DNA from: an uncultured virus (IMG/VR IMGVR_UViG_3300046367_000054)
Taxonomy: Duplodnaviria > Heunggongvirae > Uroviricota > Caudoviricetes > Crassvirales
Length of the DNA stretch: 64,000 nt
Strand: one strand, 5' to 3'
Virus record (IMG/VR): IMGVR_UViG_3300046367_000054
How positions within the stretch are numbered: the first letter of the stretch is position 1; each line of letters opens with the position of its first letter. Below, one piece after another: positions 38,509 through 48,739 of this stretch. The position numbers and the translations under genes were made by a program. The notes under the pieces were generated by a model, which was given only the letters and a program-made list of their open reading frames with translations, made no database searches and was not told where the DNA came from.

Positions 38509-39231
38509 TTAAGGGGTTTTAATTTTTACATTTGCTGTTGGAATAGTACTATAAGTCAATCCAGCAGGAGTCATTTGGGGAGATGAATAATATCCAGAAG
38601 CTATGTTTGCAGCTGTAGGTAAAACACTTGAAGCAGTATTAACTAATCCAGCTGGATTCAAACCACTTATAACTGGAGCGTTAGAACCAGCATTAAGTAA
38701 TCCACTATCCATCATTTTATTAAAGTTCTTTTGACTTTGCATCATTTGAGCACCACTAGCAACCCCTTGAGCCATTCCAGATATACCTTGCATCAAACCT
38801 TGTTGACCAGCGTTATACTGAGATGACAAAGCAGCTACATCAGCTTGATATCTCTGTTCTTGAGTCCCTTGAATTCTAGCCTCGTCTTGAGCTCTAATCT
38901 GATCTATCTGTTTTTGTTGCATATCTAAGTCAGCACCTATTTGTCTAGCAGATAAATTTTGTTGAGCATTCAGTGCTCCAAGACCACCTATAACTCCTCT
39001 TATTCCACCACTTCTTAAAGCATCTACTCCGCTTGAATATTGTTTACCAAGTTCTTCTCTTTGCAAATCAGCACCTAAAGTACTAACTTGAAGACCCTCA
39101 GCTATATTTTTTAACTCAGGTATCTTTAAATTATTTAAAGCGTCTTTAGCTTCTCTAGCTTGTTTAGCTGAACTTATAGCTTGATAAGCTCCTCCAGCTA
39201 CAGCCACAGCGGCTGATGTTATTGCTGCCAT
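38509..39231 (-). CDS. Putative ejection or pilot protein
   Basis: A/G/Q-rich with a hydrophobic N-terminus. Confidence 0.55.
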   Translation of the reverse strand: MAAITSAAVAVAGGAYQAISSAKQAREAKDALNNLKIPELKNIAEGLQVSTLGADLQREELGKQYSSGVDALRSGGIRGVIGGLGALNAQQNLSARQIGADLDMQQKQIDQIRAQDEARIQGTQEQRYQADVAALSSQYNAGQQGLMQGISGMAQGVASGAQMMQSQKNFNKMMDSGLLNAGSNAPVISGLNPAGLVNTASSVLPTAANIASGYYSSPQMTPAGLTYSTIPTANVKIKTP

Positions 39232-39232
39232 A

Positions 39233-39625
39233 TTATAATCGTTTTATGTATTCATTACAATTTTTACTTCCCTCTATAAATCCACACTCCAAATATTTGT
39301 TCTGTAGACTCTGATTTTTTAAAGACGTATAAGCTATCGTATAACCGTTGTTTTTACCTATAGAGCATAAAATGTCTATCAAACTAATTATCGCCTCTCT
39401 ACGGTCTTCTTTTTGCCTTACATTTGGATTTGAAACTATAAATTCAATCCAACATGTCTTACTATTTGTGAAATATATAAAACCAGCGCATATATCAACT
39501 CCGTCTTTGTTCACAATCACACCAGAATCTGGTAGCATTTCAATTGGAGGAGCTGGAAACTTCCAAAATTTCCACCAATCAACTAACGTTTCGTAGTCAG
39601 ACTGTTCAATATATCTAAATTCCAT
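39233..39625 (-). CDS. GNAT-like acetyltransferase-fold protein
   Basis: CAGFIY...WIEFIVSNP...YLECGF; position typical of podovirus tail-to-ejection junction. Confidence 0.55.
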   Translation of the reverse strand: MEFRYIEQSDYETLVDWWKFWKFPAPPIEMLPDSGVIVNKDGVDICAGFIYFTNSKTCWIEFIVSNPNVRQKEDRREAIISLIDILCSIGKNNGYTIAYTSLKNQSLQNKYLECGFIEGSKNCNEYIKRL

Positions 39626-39656
39626 TTGATTTAATTTATGCAAAGATACTTAATTG

Positions 39657-39733
39657 TATATATATTTATATATATATTTATTATTATCTTTAAACTTTTC
39701 TTTAATACCCTATTAAATAAATATTTAATACCT
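39657..39733 (-). repeat. Iteron-like module, copy 4 (inverted)
   Basis: Reverse complement of TATTAAAGAAAAGTTTAAAGATAATAATAA at 39678-39707, a degenerate unit 23 bp away, and the same AT tract. Confidence 0.85.
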
Positions 39734-40490
39734 ATTGAAAAGATTTAAATACTTCTGAGTTTACAGAATATAAATCTTGTGGTGTTCCAACCCCAGTTGA
39801 TGTTAATTTTACTTTAGCAAAATATCCTTTAACTCCAAAACTCTCAGCCTCTGAATTTTTAGCTATAAAATAGAAAGCATTATTTATAATTACAGTATTA
39901 GGTAATGGTGTTACGGTTGTAAGCTGAGTTTGATTAAAAGAAACCAATTTACCAATTTTTACTATAGAACCATTACTTGGATTTGAATAATATAAACAAT
40001 CTTCCTCTGATAAGAAAGAAGGTAATAAACTAAACGTATAAGTATTTCCACTTCTTGATGTTGGTGTACCTAATCCTTGAACAGATATTTGAGTGAAGTC
40101 AAGTAAATCATCTTCATCTCTTCTTATGTAAGCATAGTATTCACCCTCTCTAGTTTCAAAGTGTGTATTATCTATGTAACCAGCGTCTAGATTACTTAGT
40201 ATCTCTACATCCCAATTACTATCACTAGACTCTAATGATATTGTTTTAAAATGTTTAACATCACTCGGTTCTTGATTAAAAGCAAATTCTACATAAGAGT
40301 CGTGGTTTACCAATACGCCACTATCATTATAAAAGAAATTCTTATTACTGGTTTCTGAATGATGTCTAAATAATTGACCACATTTAAAAGAGTAAAAGTT
40401 ATTCCCTAGTCTAGCCATCCATTCTGGTTTATAAGACCAAAAAGATGTCCATCCATTATTTTTTTCATCGAAACTTATTGTTTTTGACAT
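39732..40490 (-). CDS. Tail protein resembling the C-terminal part of crAss-like nozzle (stabilisation) proteins
   Basis: TISFDE..NGWTSFWSY.PE, FN.EPS.VK.FKTISLE, REGEYYAYI, GVKGYF. Confidence 0.6.
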   Translation of the reverse strand: MSKTISFDEKNNGWTSFWSYKPEWMARLGNNFYSFKCGQLFRHHSETSNKNFFYNDSGVLVNHDSYVEFAFNQEPSDVKHFKTISLESSDSNWDVEILSNLDAGYIDNTHFETREGEYYAYIRRDEDDLLDFTQISVQGLGTPTSRSGNTYTFSLLPSFLSEEDCLYYSNPSNGSIVKIGKLVSFNQTQLTTVTPLPNTVIINNAFYFIAKNSEAESFGVKGYFAKVKLTSTGVGTPQDLYSVNSEVFKSFQ

Positions 40491-40501
40491 ATCTTAATTT
40501 T

Positions 40502-41008
40502 TTAACTACAGAATCCGTTAGTACTCCATTGACCAGCTCCACCTTCTACACTTCCAGTTATTGCACAGAAAGTATAACTACTAAATCTAGATGTGCTTAT
40601 TGACTTAGGTGTTCCGTTACAAGCTGTATATGTTATTAAAGCATCTCTACTTGCTATATGCGTGTAACTAGTACAAGCTTCTTCAGAAGAACACGTAACA
40701 GTTTCTGTAAGAGCAGGACAAGCTGTTCCGCCTCCAGAAGCTGGTGTTATTACCGTTCTCGTTCTTGTTTTAGATCCAGAAGAACAAATAGACCAGTCAG
40801 ACCATTCTGAAACAACACAATTCACAGGTACTGCTCCGCCACTACAATTAGCAACGTCTTGTAATTTACCAAAAACTTGCTTTCTATATAATCCATTAAA
40901 TGAATAATACCCATCAGGGGCTTTTGTTGTTAATGCTTGATTTGTATACACAGAAACAGCAGTATTAAAACTGCTGGAATCTATGTAATATAATGAGCTT
41001 GTAGCCAT
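40502..41008 (-). CDS. Small Cys-rich virion protein with one TSP1-like repeat
   Basis: CVVSEWSDWSIC...RTRTV...CP.L.E...C. Confidence 0.7.
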   Translation of the reverse strand: MATSSLYYIDSSSFNTAVSVYTNQALTTKAPDGYYSFNGLYRKQVFGKLQDVANCSGGAVPVNCVVSEWSDWSICSSGSKTRTRTVITPASGGGTACPALTETVTCSSEEACTSYTHIASRDALITYTACNGTPKSISTSRFSSYTFCAITGSVEGGAGQWSTNGFCS

Positions 41009-41041
41009 ATTTATTTATGTATTTTTAATTATATATTTATT

Positions 41042-44000
41042 CTAGTAAATACAAACATTTGATGATGTAAATGCAGATCCATTCCAGTATCTACTTAATC
41101 CATCAGCAGAGTACCATCCAGCACCTCTAGCAGCTAATATTCCACAACTTCTATGTAAGAAAGTAGCATCTGCCCAATCCAAAGCATTTATACCTACTGA
41201 TATAGTCGATCCCATTCCGTAGTTAGAACATGCTACACTTTCTGAAGAAGAACTATATCCAACAATGTAACTAGTACATATTGGTGTTTCTGTACAACTC
41301 TGAGTTTCAGATAGTACTGGACATGCAGCTCCTCCTCCAGATGCAGGTACTACAACTGTACGGGTTCTAGTTTGACTTCCTCCAGAACAAGTGCTCCAAT
41401 CAGACCAAGCTGAAACTTGACAATCAACTGGCATCACACATTCTTGATATTCTATTAGTGATGGGCAAGTAGCTCCTCCTCCTGACGCAGGTGTAACAAC
41501 TGTTCTTGTTCTACTTTGAAATCCATCAAAACATGTTGACCATTCGCTCCACGCTGAAACTTGACAATCAACTGGCATAGCGCAACTTTGAGTCTCTGAC
41601 AATACAGGACAAGATGCTCCACCATTTTGAGGTTGCGTTACAACTGTACGAGTTCTAGTTTGACTTCCATCAACACATGTAGACCAAGCGCTCCAATTAG
41701 ACACTACGCAATCAACAGGGAAACATGACGGTAAATAACTTTGGTACTCTCCGTATACTGTTCGAACACCACTAGCACCTACTATAAACCCAGATGTATT
41801 GTTTAACAATAATTCAATTGAAAATTCATTTCCGTAAGTAACAGAAGGGTTGAATGTTACTTCTAAGTAAGCATTTCCAGGAGTTGATACTATAGAGTAT
41901 TGTAAACCAGCATAGTTCTGTACATTTCTACTTGATATAGTATAAGTACTTGGTTGATTTGCTAATGTTATTGCAAATCGTTTTGTAACCGTACTACCAG
42001 ACTGATTATTACATGTTACAGATCCTAAATTTATACTTGAACATCCTATTGTTTCAGACAATACAGGACAAGATGCTCCACCATTCATAGATGGAGTTAC
42101 AACAGTTCTAGTTCTTGTCTGAGTTCCTTCTGAACAAGTAGACCAAGGAGACCACTCTGACACAACACAGTCAACAGCACAACTTCTACTTTCTGTTAAC
42201 ACAGGACAAGTGGCACCTCCATTTAAAGCTGGCGTTATAACTGTTCTAGTTCTAGTCTGTGTACCAGAATCGCAAGTTGACCAAGCTGACCATTCAGATA
42301 CCACACAATCTACAGGACAATCTCTCGTTTCTGTAAGTGTAGGGCACGAAGCACCTCCGCCAGTCGGTTGGGTAATTACTGTTCTAGTTCTTATCTGAGT
42401 ACCTCCATTACAATTTGACCACGCGCTCCAATCAGAAACAACACAGTCTACTGGAAAACAAGATGGTAAGAAACTTTGGTAATTACCATACATAGTTTCT
42501 GATCCACTAATTCCAACTGTATTTCCTAAAGAGTTCTTTAACAATAATTGAATAGAAAACTCATTACCATAAGTTACAGCAGGTCTAAAAGCAACTTGTA
42601 TGTAACAATCTCCAGGCGTTGATACTATAGAGTATTCAAGTCCAGCTGGGTTTATAACTGTTCCAGGTGCTGATTCAATAGTATAAGTACTAGGAGCATT
42701 ATTTAAAGCTATTCTAAATCTTTTTGTAATTGTACTACCACCATCGGTATTACATATAGTATCTGTTATATCTATACCAGAACAAGTTATTGTTTCGGTT
42801 AATATAGGACACTCGGTTCCTCCACCTGTAGCAGGGGTAATTACTGTTCTAGTTCTGGTTTTAGTTCCGTCAACACAGTCTGACCAAGCTGACCATTCTG
42901 ATACTACGCAATTAGTACAAGATCTTGTTTCACTAAGTGTAGGACACGCAGTACCTAACCAGTTAGGTTGAGTAACAACTGTTCTAGTTCTAGTAGAAGA
43001 ACCATCAACACATGCAGACCACGCAGACCATTCCGATACTGCACAGTTTACTGGAATAAGAGATGGTGCGTAACTTTGATAATCTCCGTAAAGTGTTTGA
43101 TTAACATTAGTACCAACAATATTTCCTGAAGAATTTTTAACAAATAATTCAAGAGAAATTTCATTTCCATAAGGTAACGAAGGTTTGAATACCACTTGTA
43201 TGTAAGGACTTCCAGAATTATAATCTATAACATATTGTAATCCAGCTGAATTTGTAACAACTCCTGTTGCAATTGTATAATTAACAGGAGCGTTACCTAC
43301 AGATATTGCGTATCTTTTTGTAACTGTATTTCCTCCATCAGTGTCGTTTCCTATAAGATTTGTTATTCCTATACTAGAACATGTTCGGCTTTCAGTCAAT
43401 ACTGGACAAGCTGCGCCTCCACCTGATGCTGGAGTGATTACAGTTCTACTTCTATTTTGGAAACCATCTACACAATCTGACCATTGACTCCATTCAGACA
43501 CAACGCAGTCTACAGGTGGTATACAACTTCTGCTTTCTATCAAATAAGGACAAGCTGTTCCTCCACCAACTGATGGTGTGATTACAGTACGTGTTCTGCT
43601 TTGAGTACCTCCTACACAAGTAGACCATTCTCCCCAATCAGAAACAACACAGTTAACTGGAACAACATCGCATTCACAAGCTAAAGCATAATCTGATTCG
43701 TTAAAACATAATCTTATAGGAGTAGCTTCTACATCACAATTTTCAGTATCTATGTAATCCCAAACTAAATAAAGTTTTTGAGATCCAGTTCTATTGAATG
43801 TAAATTGAATATAATTATCATCTCCAGAATTTGTGATTGCAGGATATGTAGCAGAATCTAATATTTGTTGAGGTGTTAAATCACTAGCAGTAATAACATA
43901 TCCTATTCTATTACAAGACGTAAATTGTCCAGTAGCTTTAGTAGAAGTTACTTTTATTACTGAGTTATTATAAGGTATTTCATTTTCTCCTTCACTACCT

Positions 44001-47000
44001 GTGTCAGAAATGAATCTAGTCACATTACCAACAGCAAATACGTCTAATAAAGAAGAAATTCCACTAGTAGCTGTGGTTGAATTTGTCCATTCATATTTAT
44101 TAGTCATAGATTTATTAGTGTCTGAACTATCTCCAACAACTAAAGTAATTACTTCTAACTCAGGATTTCCAATACATACGTTTTTAAGAGACAATGATCC
44201 CATTGTATTCTCTCTATTGTATATGTTTAAAACACCACTTGATACAGTTGTTGGTTTAGGAACAGTAAAATTACCAGTACCAGTTACATTTTCAAGATAA
44301 GTAGTAACTCCATTTGTAATCATTTCAAAATCAAAAATACTTCCTCCTGGAATTGTATAATTAACAAGATGATTACCTATATTGCTTCCTAATTCTATAC
44401 TATAAGAATAATAACTATTAGATGGTATGTTTAACCATTGTATTGCTTGACCACAAATAAGAGACGCTTTATAGTCTATTTTATCTGTAGCTAATGACAA
44501 AATGTAATTATCATGGATAGGATCAAACCCACCATACTTAAAGTTATTTTTGTACTGTTTCAAGTTGTTTTTAAACCAGTCGCGCATTTTATATTTAGAT
44601 ATAGGCTCTAATCCATCTCCACCTAATCTTAAAACGGCTCCTTTATTTGTATCTGTAAAATATATTGAGTTTGCATAATATGAAAAACTCTCTGGGTTTT
44701 TACTAATACCCCATTCCCCAGCAAAAGGAATTTCTTGACCAAGAACATCTTCAACAGAAGACACACTACCGCCACCTACAGCATCGAATAAAACATTTTT
44801 ATTATAAAGTATTCTATGTACTTTGTCTTCTTGGAATACTACTAAATCAGTGTCTCTAGAATGTATCTTCTGAATACTTCCGTATTTATCATCCAAGTCT
44901 TTATAGTTTGCTCTTGATAAGTTAAATTCATTTAATGAGTTATAACTTGTTGTTTTATCAAAAGGTCCGCTATAAGTTATAGAAGCTATATTTCTTACTT
45001 GTTTGTATCCATCTAATTGTACAGCATTAGGTCTTGAATGTGTAGATAAGAAATTTTTATTAAAAACATCCTTGATAATATAACTCTCTGCTCCATTACC
45101 TTGAGTAAAGCAATTAAACCAATTTAAATTAATAATAGCTGGTACATTTGAAGTTTGATCAACATCAGTTGGGTACTCTTCTTTATTAGACATGTGTAGA
45201 CCATTCTGTATAAGATAAGTATCTTGAGTCTCATAAAAAACTTCAGATGTATTATCGATAGAATCAGTTTCAAATATCAATAAACTATATCCAGTTGTTA
45301 TAGTTATTTTCGCATTTATAATTGAACGATTTTGTCCATTACCATTTAACTGGTTTTTTACTTTTAAATATAAATACCCATTAGGATTTAACATTATAGT
45401 TTCTCCAGAATTAGGTAAGTTTGTTCCAAATGTTCCAGTTCCAGTATTATAAGGTTTAGTAAATCCTCTTACAAATTCGTAGGTTTTAAAATCACCTAAT
45501 CCATCTCCTTCAGTTTGAAACCAACTCTGAAAATTAGTGTAACTATCGCTTGATATATATTCCTTTTTAAATTCTACAGTAGTAAGTCCACTTCTCTCAT
45601 TTTTTATTTCTATCTCTATTCTACTACCAGGTGTAATTGGAATATCCTCTACAACTGGAAAACTTAAAGTGCCTTTATTTATAGAAAAACCTGCTGTACC
45701 TCCAGTAAAAATAAAGAAGTTATCACCAGTATCTCTAGTTTCTTTTTTAAACTCGTAAAAGTTTTTTTCAGCTCCATCTATTGTTAATGCGGATGATGAT
45801 TTTACTTTTACATATACTCCAGAAGGCTCTACTATATCTGTACCTGCTGGATTCTTATTATCTTTAATAAAGTCTCTTGAATTTGTAGCATATTCTAAAA
45901 TTTGAAGTTTTACAACGTCATCAGCAAATCCATTTACATTCTTCTTTACTATTAGATAATCTCCTTCTTTTACTTTTTGTTTATCTTGACCTTCTAACTT
46001 TAACCAGATAAATCCTTGCTCTTCATAAGCAATAACTGAATATATAGTATGATAATTTAATTTACTATCTTTTACAAATATTTTATATCTATTAGCCCAA
46101 GCAGGCGCTTTACTTTTTATCTCTAACTTTAAGTTATTACTAGTAACACTATTCTTTATTGGTATAAAGACAGTATTATCATTACTTGTTAATATGGTAG
46201 AATATCTTCCATCTTCATCCAAATATACAATCCCAGTTTCATAACTTCTAATTGATTTACAACTAGCATAAACATTGTTATCTGAAGAAAAAACATTAAC
46301 ACTATCTACCTTTATGTGGTAGTATTCATTTTGATAATCAAATAAAGAGTCTCCTGTATCATTAGGAGTAGTATCTATCTTGTGTCTTATATACGGTATC
46401 TTTATACTTAATACATTACTTGAAGTAGCTGTTAATAATGTAAAAGGTTTATACTTATCTGGATAAGATTCTATATCATTGTTAGGCTCTGTATTATTTA
46501 AGTCAGCATTTTTAAAATTATTACTTGCTACAGTTGACAGGAAAGTGATAAACTCTTCTGATTTAGAAAGTTCAAAAGCACTAGCGTATGTTTTCTCTAA
46601 ATAAAAAGATAGATCACACATGTAGTTACCAAAGAAAGGAGTATCACTACTAGCTCTAAATGATATAGAAAGTATTTTTCCCTTTTTAATATCAGATGGA
46701 GCTAACTGTACATTTAAAACATTATCAGTAGTTTCATTGCTAGATACAGTTGTATTCAAAAAATTTTCTTTTAAATCTTCAGCAACAAAAGATGTTTTAA
46801 AATCTACATTTATTTTTTTACCAGATACATCTACAAGATCTCTACCTTCTGTGTAGTTACCAAACATAAGTCTATTACCTATAAACTCCTGAGCCTTTGC
46901 AACCACTGGTATATTATCATACAATCTATTTACTTCATCCTCTGGAAGTATAGAGTATATTTTATTATTAGAAAATAAAAAAGTTTTGTTGGCATTATTT

Positions 47001-47863
47001 CCGTACTTTTCTTTTTCTTTGTTTAAATTCTCAATAACATATATTGTTCCGCTATTACTTTCTTTAAACAACAACTGTACATCGGTTACATTTTTGTCAC
47101 CAGTATTAAAACCAATGTTTATAGCGTTAAATGAATTGACCATCCCATTATTTTCCTGAGTAGAAAAATTAAATGAGAAATCAGAAGGATAAAATTGAGG
47201 ATTACTAAATGCAGAAGTAGCACTATACTCGCCATCTAAATATCTATATCTATATCCAAAAGACAAGAACCTTTCTTTTATATTATTTTCAGTACCATCA
47301 CCAAACTGAGTAGGAGTGCATTTAGGAGCTCTAAATGGAGCTCTTTTGTATAAACTGATATCTTGTGTAGCAAAACCATTTACAGCCCAGGATTTAGCTC
47401 TATTTACGTTTATACAGCGTATAGGGTTTAAGTCGTCCGTCCATACAAGAAGTTTTTCCTTGTTAAACGAATTGTATATTACATTAGCACCAGTTATTTT
47501 ATACTTAGAATTAAAGTTTAATACGTTGGCAGAACCAGCTCTTGTGTCTGATAATATTATAGATAAAGATTCATTATCTAATATATTATACTCGTATACA
47601 AAATTACCAGCAGTTGAAGTAACAAACCAGTAAATGCATTCATTACCCTCGTCTGTTATACTTCCTATAGTAACAGCGTTAAGTGGTAAAGTTAAATTAG
47701 TTAATTTATCTAATCCATTTGATTTCTGAACAAGACCTAAACTAGAGCCTTCTGAGTTTGATACTATGATGTTCTCGGCATCAATATACTCTCCTTCTGG
47801 TATTAATCGAACATCGTAATCTTTGTTCATTAACCCACCTACAAAAGTCTTTTTTAACTCCAT
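41042..47863 (-). CDS. Tail nozzle (stabilisation) protein with a C-terminal array of 10 TSP1-like repeats
   Basis: N-terminal GLMNKD.D.RLIPEGEY.DA.N, GNRLMFGNY, YGSIQK, WGISKNPESF; repeats at 41294-43660. Confidence 0.8.
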   Translation of the reverse strand: MELKKTFVGGLMNKDYDVRLIPEGEYIDAENIIVSNSEGSSLGLVQKSNGLDKLTNLTLPLNAVTIGSITDEGNECIYWFVTSTAGNFVYEYNILDNESLSIILSDTRAGSANVLNFNSKYKITGANVIYNSFNKEKLLVWTDDLNPIRCINVNRAKSWAVNGFATQDISLYKRAPFRAPKCTPTQFGDGTENNIKERFLSFGYRYRYLDGEYSATSAFSNPQFYPSDFSFNFSTQENNGMVNSFNAINIGFNTGDKNVTDVQLLFKESNSGTIYVIENLNKEKEKYGNNANKTFLFSNNKIYSILPEDEVNRLYDNIPVVAKAQEFIGNRLMFGNYTEGRDLVDVSGKKINVDFKTSFVAEDLKENFLNTTVSSNETTDNVLNVQLAPSDIKKGKILSISFRASSDTPFFGNYMCDLSFYLEKTYASAFELSKSEEFITFLSTVASNNFKNADLNNTEPNNDIESYPDKYKPFTLLTATSSNVLSIKIPYIRHKIDTTPNDTGDSLFDYQNEYYHIKVDSVNVFSSDNNVYASCKSIRSYETGIVYLDEDGRYSTILTSNDNTVFIPIKNSVTSNNLKLEIKSKAPAWANRYKIFVKDSKLNYHTIYSVIAYEEQGFIWLKLEGQDKQKVKEGDYLIVKKNVNGFADDVVKLQILEYATNSRDFIKDNKNPAGTDIVEPSGVYVKVKSSSALTIDGAEKNFYEFKKETRDTGDNFFIFTGGTAGFSINKGTLSFPVVEDIPITPGSRIEIEIKNERSGLTTVEFKKEYISSDSYTNFQSWFQTEGDGLGDFKTYEFVRGFTKPYNTGTGTFGTNLPNSGETIMLNPNGYLYLKVKNQLNGNGQNRSIINAKITITTGYSLLIFETDSIDNTSEVFYETQDTYLIQNGLHMSNKEEYPTDVDQTSNVPAIINLNWFNCFTQGNGAESYIIKDVFNKNFLSTHSRPNAVQLDGYKQVRNIASITYSGPFDKTTSYNSLNEFNLSRANYKDLDDKYGSIQKIHSRDTDLVVFQEDKVHRILYNKNVLFDAVGGGSVSSVEDVLGQEIPFAGEWGISKNPESFSYYANSIYFTDTNKGAVLRLGGDGLEPISKYKMRDWFKNNLKQYKNNFKYGGFDPIHDNYILSLATDKIDYKASLICGQAIQWLNIPSNSYYSYSIELGSNIGNHLVNYTIPGGSIFDFEMITNGVTTYLENVTGTGNFTVPKPTTVSSGVLNIYNRENTMGSLSLKNVCIGNPELEVITLVVGDSSDTNKSMTNKYEWTNSTTATSGISSLLDVFAVGNVTRFISDTGSEGENEIPYNNSVIKVTSTKATGQFTSCNRIGYVITASDLTPQQILDSATYPAITNSGDDNYIQFTFNRTGSQKLYLVWDYIDTENCDVEATPIRLCFNESDYALACECDVVPVNCVVSDWGEWSTCVGGTQSRTRTVITPSVGGGTACPYLIESRSCIPPVDCVVSEWSQWSDCVDGFQNRSRTVITPASGGGAACPVLTESRTCSSIGITNLIGNDTDGGNTVTKRYAISVGNAPVNYTIATGVVTNSAGLQYVIDYNSGSPYIQVVFKPSLPYGNEISLELFVKNSSGNIVGTNVNQTLYGDYQSYAPSLIPVNCAVSEWSAWSACVDGSSTRTRTVVTQPNWLGTACPTLSETRSCTNCVVSEWSAWSDCVDGTKTRTRTVITPATGGGTECPILTETITCSGIDITDTICNTDGGSTITKRFRIALNNAPSTYTIESAPGTVINPAGLEYSIVSTPGDCYIQVAFRPAVTYGNEFSIQLLLKNSLGNTVGISGSETMYGNYQSFLPSCFPVDCVVSDWSAWSNCNGGTQIRTRTVITQPTGGGASCPTLTETRDCPVDCVVSEWSAWSTCDSGTQTRTRTVITPALNGGATCPVLTESRSCAVDCVVSEWSPWSTCSEGTQTRTRTVVTPSMNGGASCPVLSETIGCSSINLGSVTCNNQSGSTVTKRFAITLANQPSTYTISSRNVQNYAGLQYSIVSTPGNAYLEVTFNPSVTYGNEFSIELLLNNTSGFIVGASGVRTVYGEYQSYLPSCFPVDCVVSNWSAWSTCVDGSQTRTRTVVTQPQNGGASCPVLSETQSCAMPVDCQVSAWSEWSTCFDGFQSRTRTVVTPASGGGATCPSLIEYQECVMPVDCQVSAWSDWSTCSGGSQTRTRTVVVPASGGGAACPVLSETQSCTETPICTSYIVGYSSSSESVACSNYGMGSTISVGINALDWADATFLHRSCGILAARGAGWYSADGLSRYWNGSAFTSSNVCIY

Positions 47864-47864
47864 A

Positions 47865-48728
47865 TTATTTTATCCAGTTACTTCCACCTCTAATAGATTG
47901 TAAAATTTCATCGTAACGAATATTTGACATTCTAATTTTAGTGTTATTTCTAATTGCTCTGTATTCTACTTTAGCTCTCTGAACTATATATTCTTGAACA
48001 CCAAACTTATTCGTAAGTATCTCGTGTTTTATAAATTGATATAAAAACTTCTCAGCTAATTTATTTACTTTTATTTCGTCTTCTGACAAATCAGATAATC
48101 CATCAGAAATATATTCTATTACTATAGTTTTACCAACTAAATCAGAACTAAATCTCATAACACCTAAATTCTTGTTTATGACAAACGTTCCATTTTGATT
48201 AGCTGTTTTTCCATCTATACCAAATCTACCTCCATTTAAATAAGTAGATCCGCTGTCATTTAAATTATTTGACTTTGGGTTTCTACTATTTAGTTCTGTA
48301 GTTGAAGTACCTTCTAATGCTTGACCATTGGTATCAAAAAGTATATTATAATTATTATCTTGAAGATATGAATTTACAATACCAGACTGATTATTTTTAA
48401 TTATAGGTCTAAAATTACCGTCTTCATCAACCCAACTTATTCTAACATAATTTACATAGTCTCTTGGAACTGGTAATTGAAGATTAGTCGGTAACTCTAG
48501 CTCTATAGCTTTTACTTCCTTAGCAACATCGTAGTTTAATTCTTGAAGACCTCTCTTAGCATGAAATATAACTTCATATCTTTTGCAGTCATTTATTATT
48601 TTATCATCACCAACATACATCATATAAAAGTTATTTATAATATCTTTCAATAATACATATTGATAATTACCCCAATTCTCATCTTTAGGGTTTACCCCAC
48701 TATTCTCGTAGTATTCGAAATCAGTCAT
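47865..48728 (-). CDS. Tail ring or adaptor protein
   Basis: P.DYVNYVRIS, IEYISDG; position after the capsid genes. Confidence 0.6.
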   Translation of the reverse strand: MTDFEYYENSGVNPKDENWGNYQYVLLKDIINNFYMMYVGDDKIINDCKRYEVIFHAKRGLQELNYDVAKEVKAIELELPTNLQLPVPRDYVNYVRISWVDEDGNFRPIIKNNQSGIVNSYLQDNNYNILFDTNGQALEGTSTTELNSRNPKSNNLNDSGSTYLNGGRFGIDGKTANQNGTFVINKNLGVMRFSSDLVGKTIVIEYISDGLSDLSEDEIKVNKLAEKFLYQFIKHEILTNKFGVQEYIVQRAKVEYRAIRNNTKIRMSNIRYDEILQSIRGGSNWIK

Positions 48729-48739
48729 CTCTTATATTT

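Noticed and set aside
41294..43660. Regularly spaced DNA repeats as a CRISPR array or DGR template/variable pair
   Set aside because: The repeats are in-frame protein repeats with synonymous divergence; there is no cas or reverse transcriptase gene in the window
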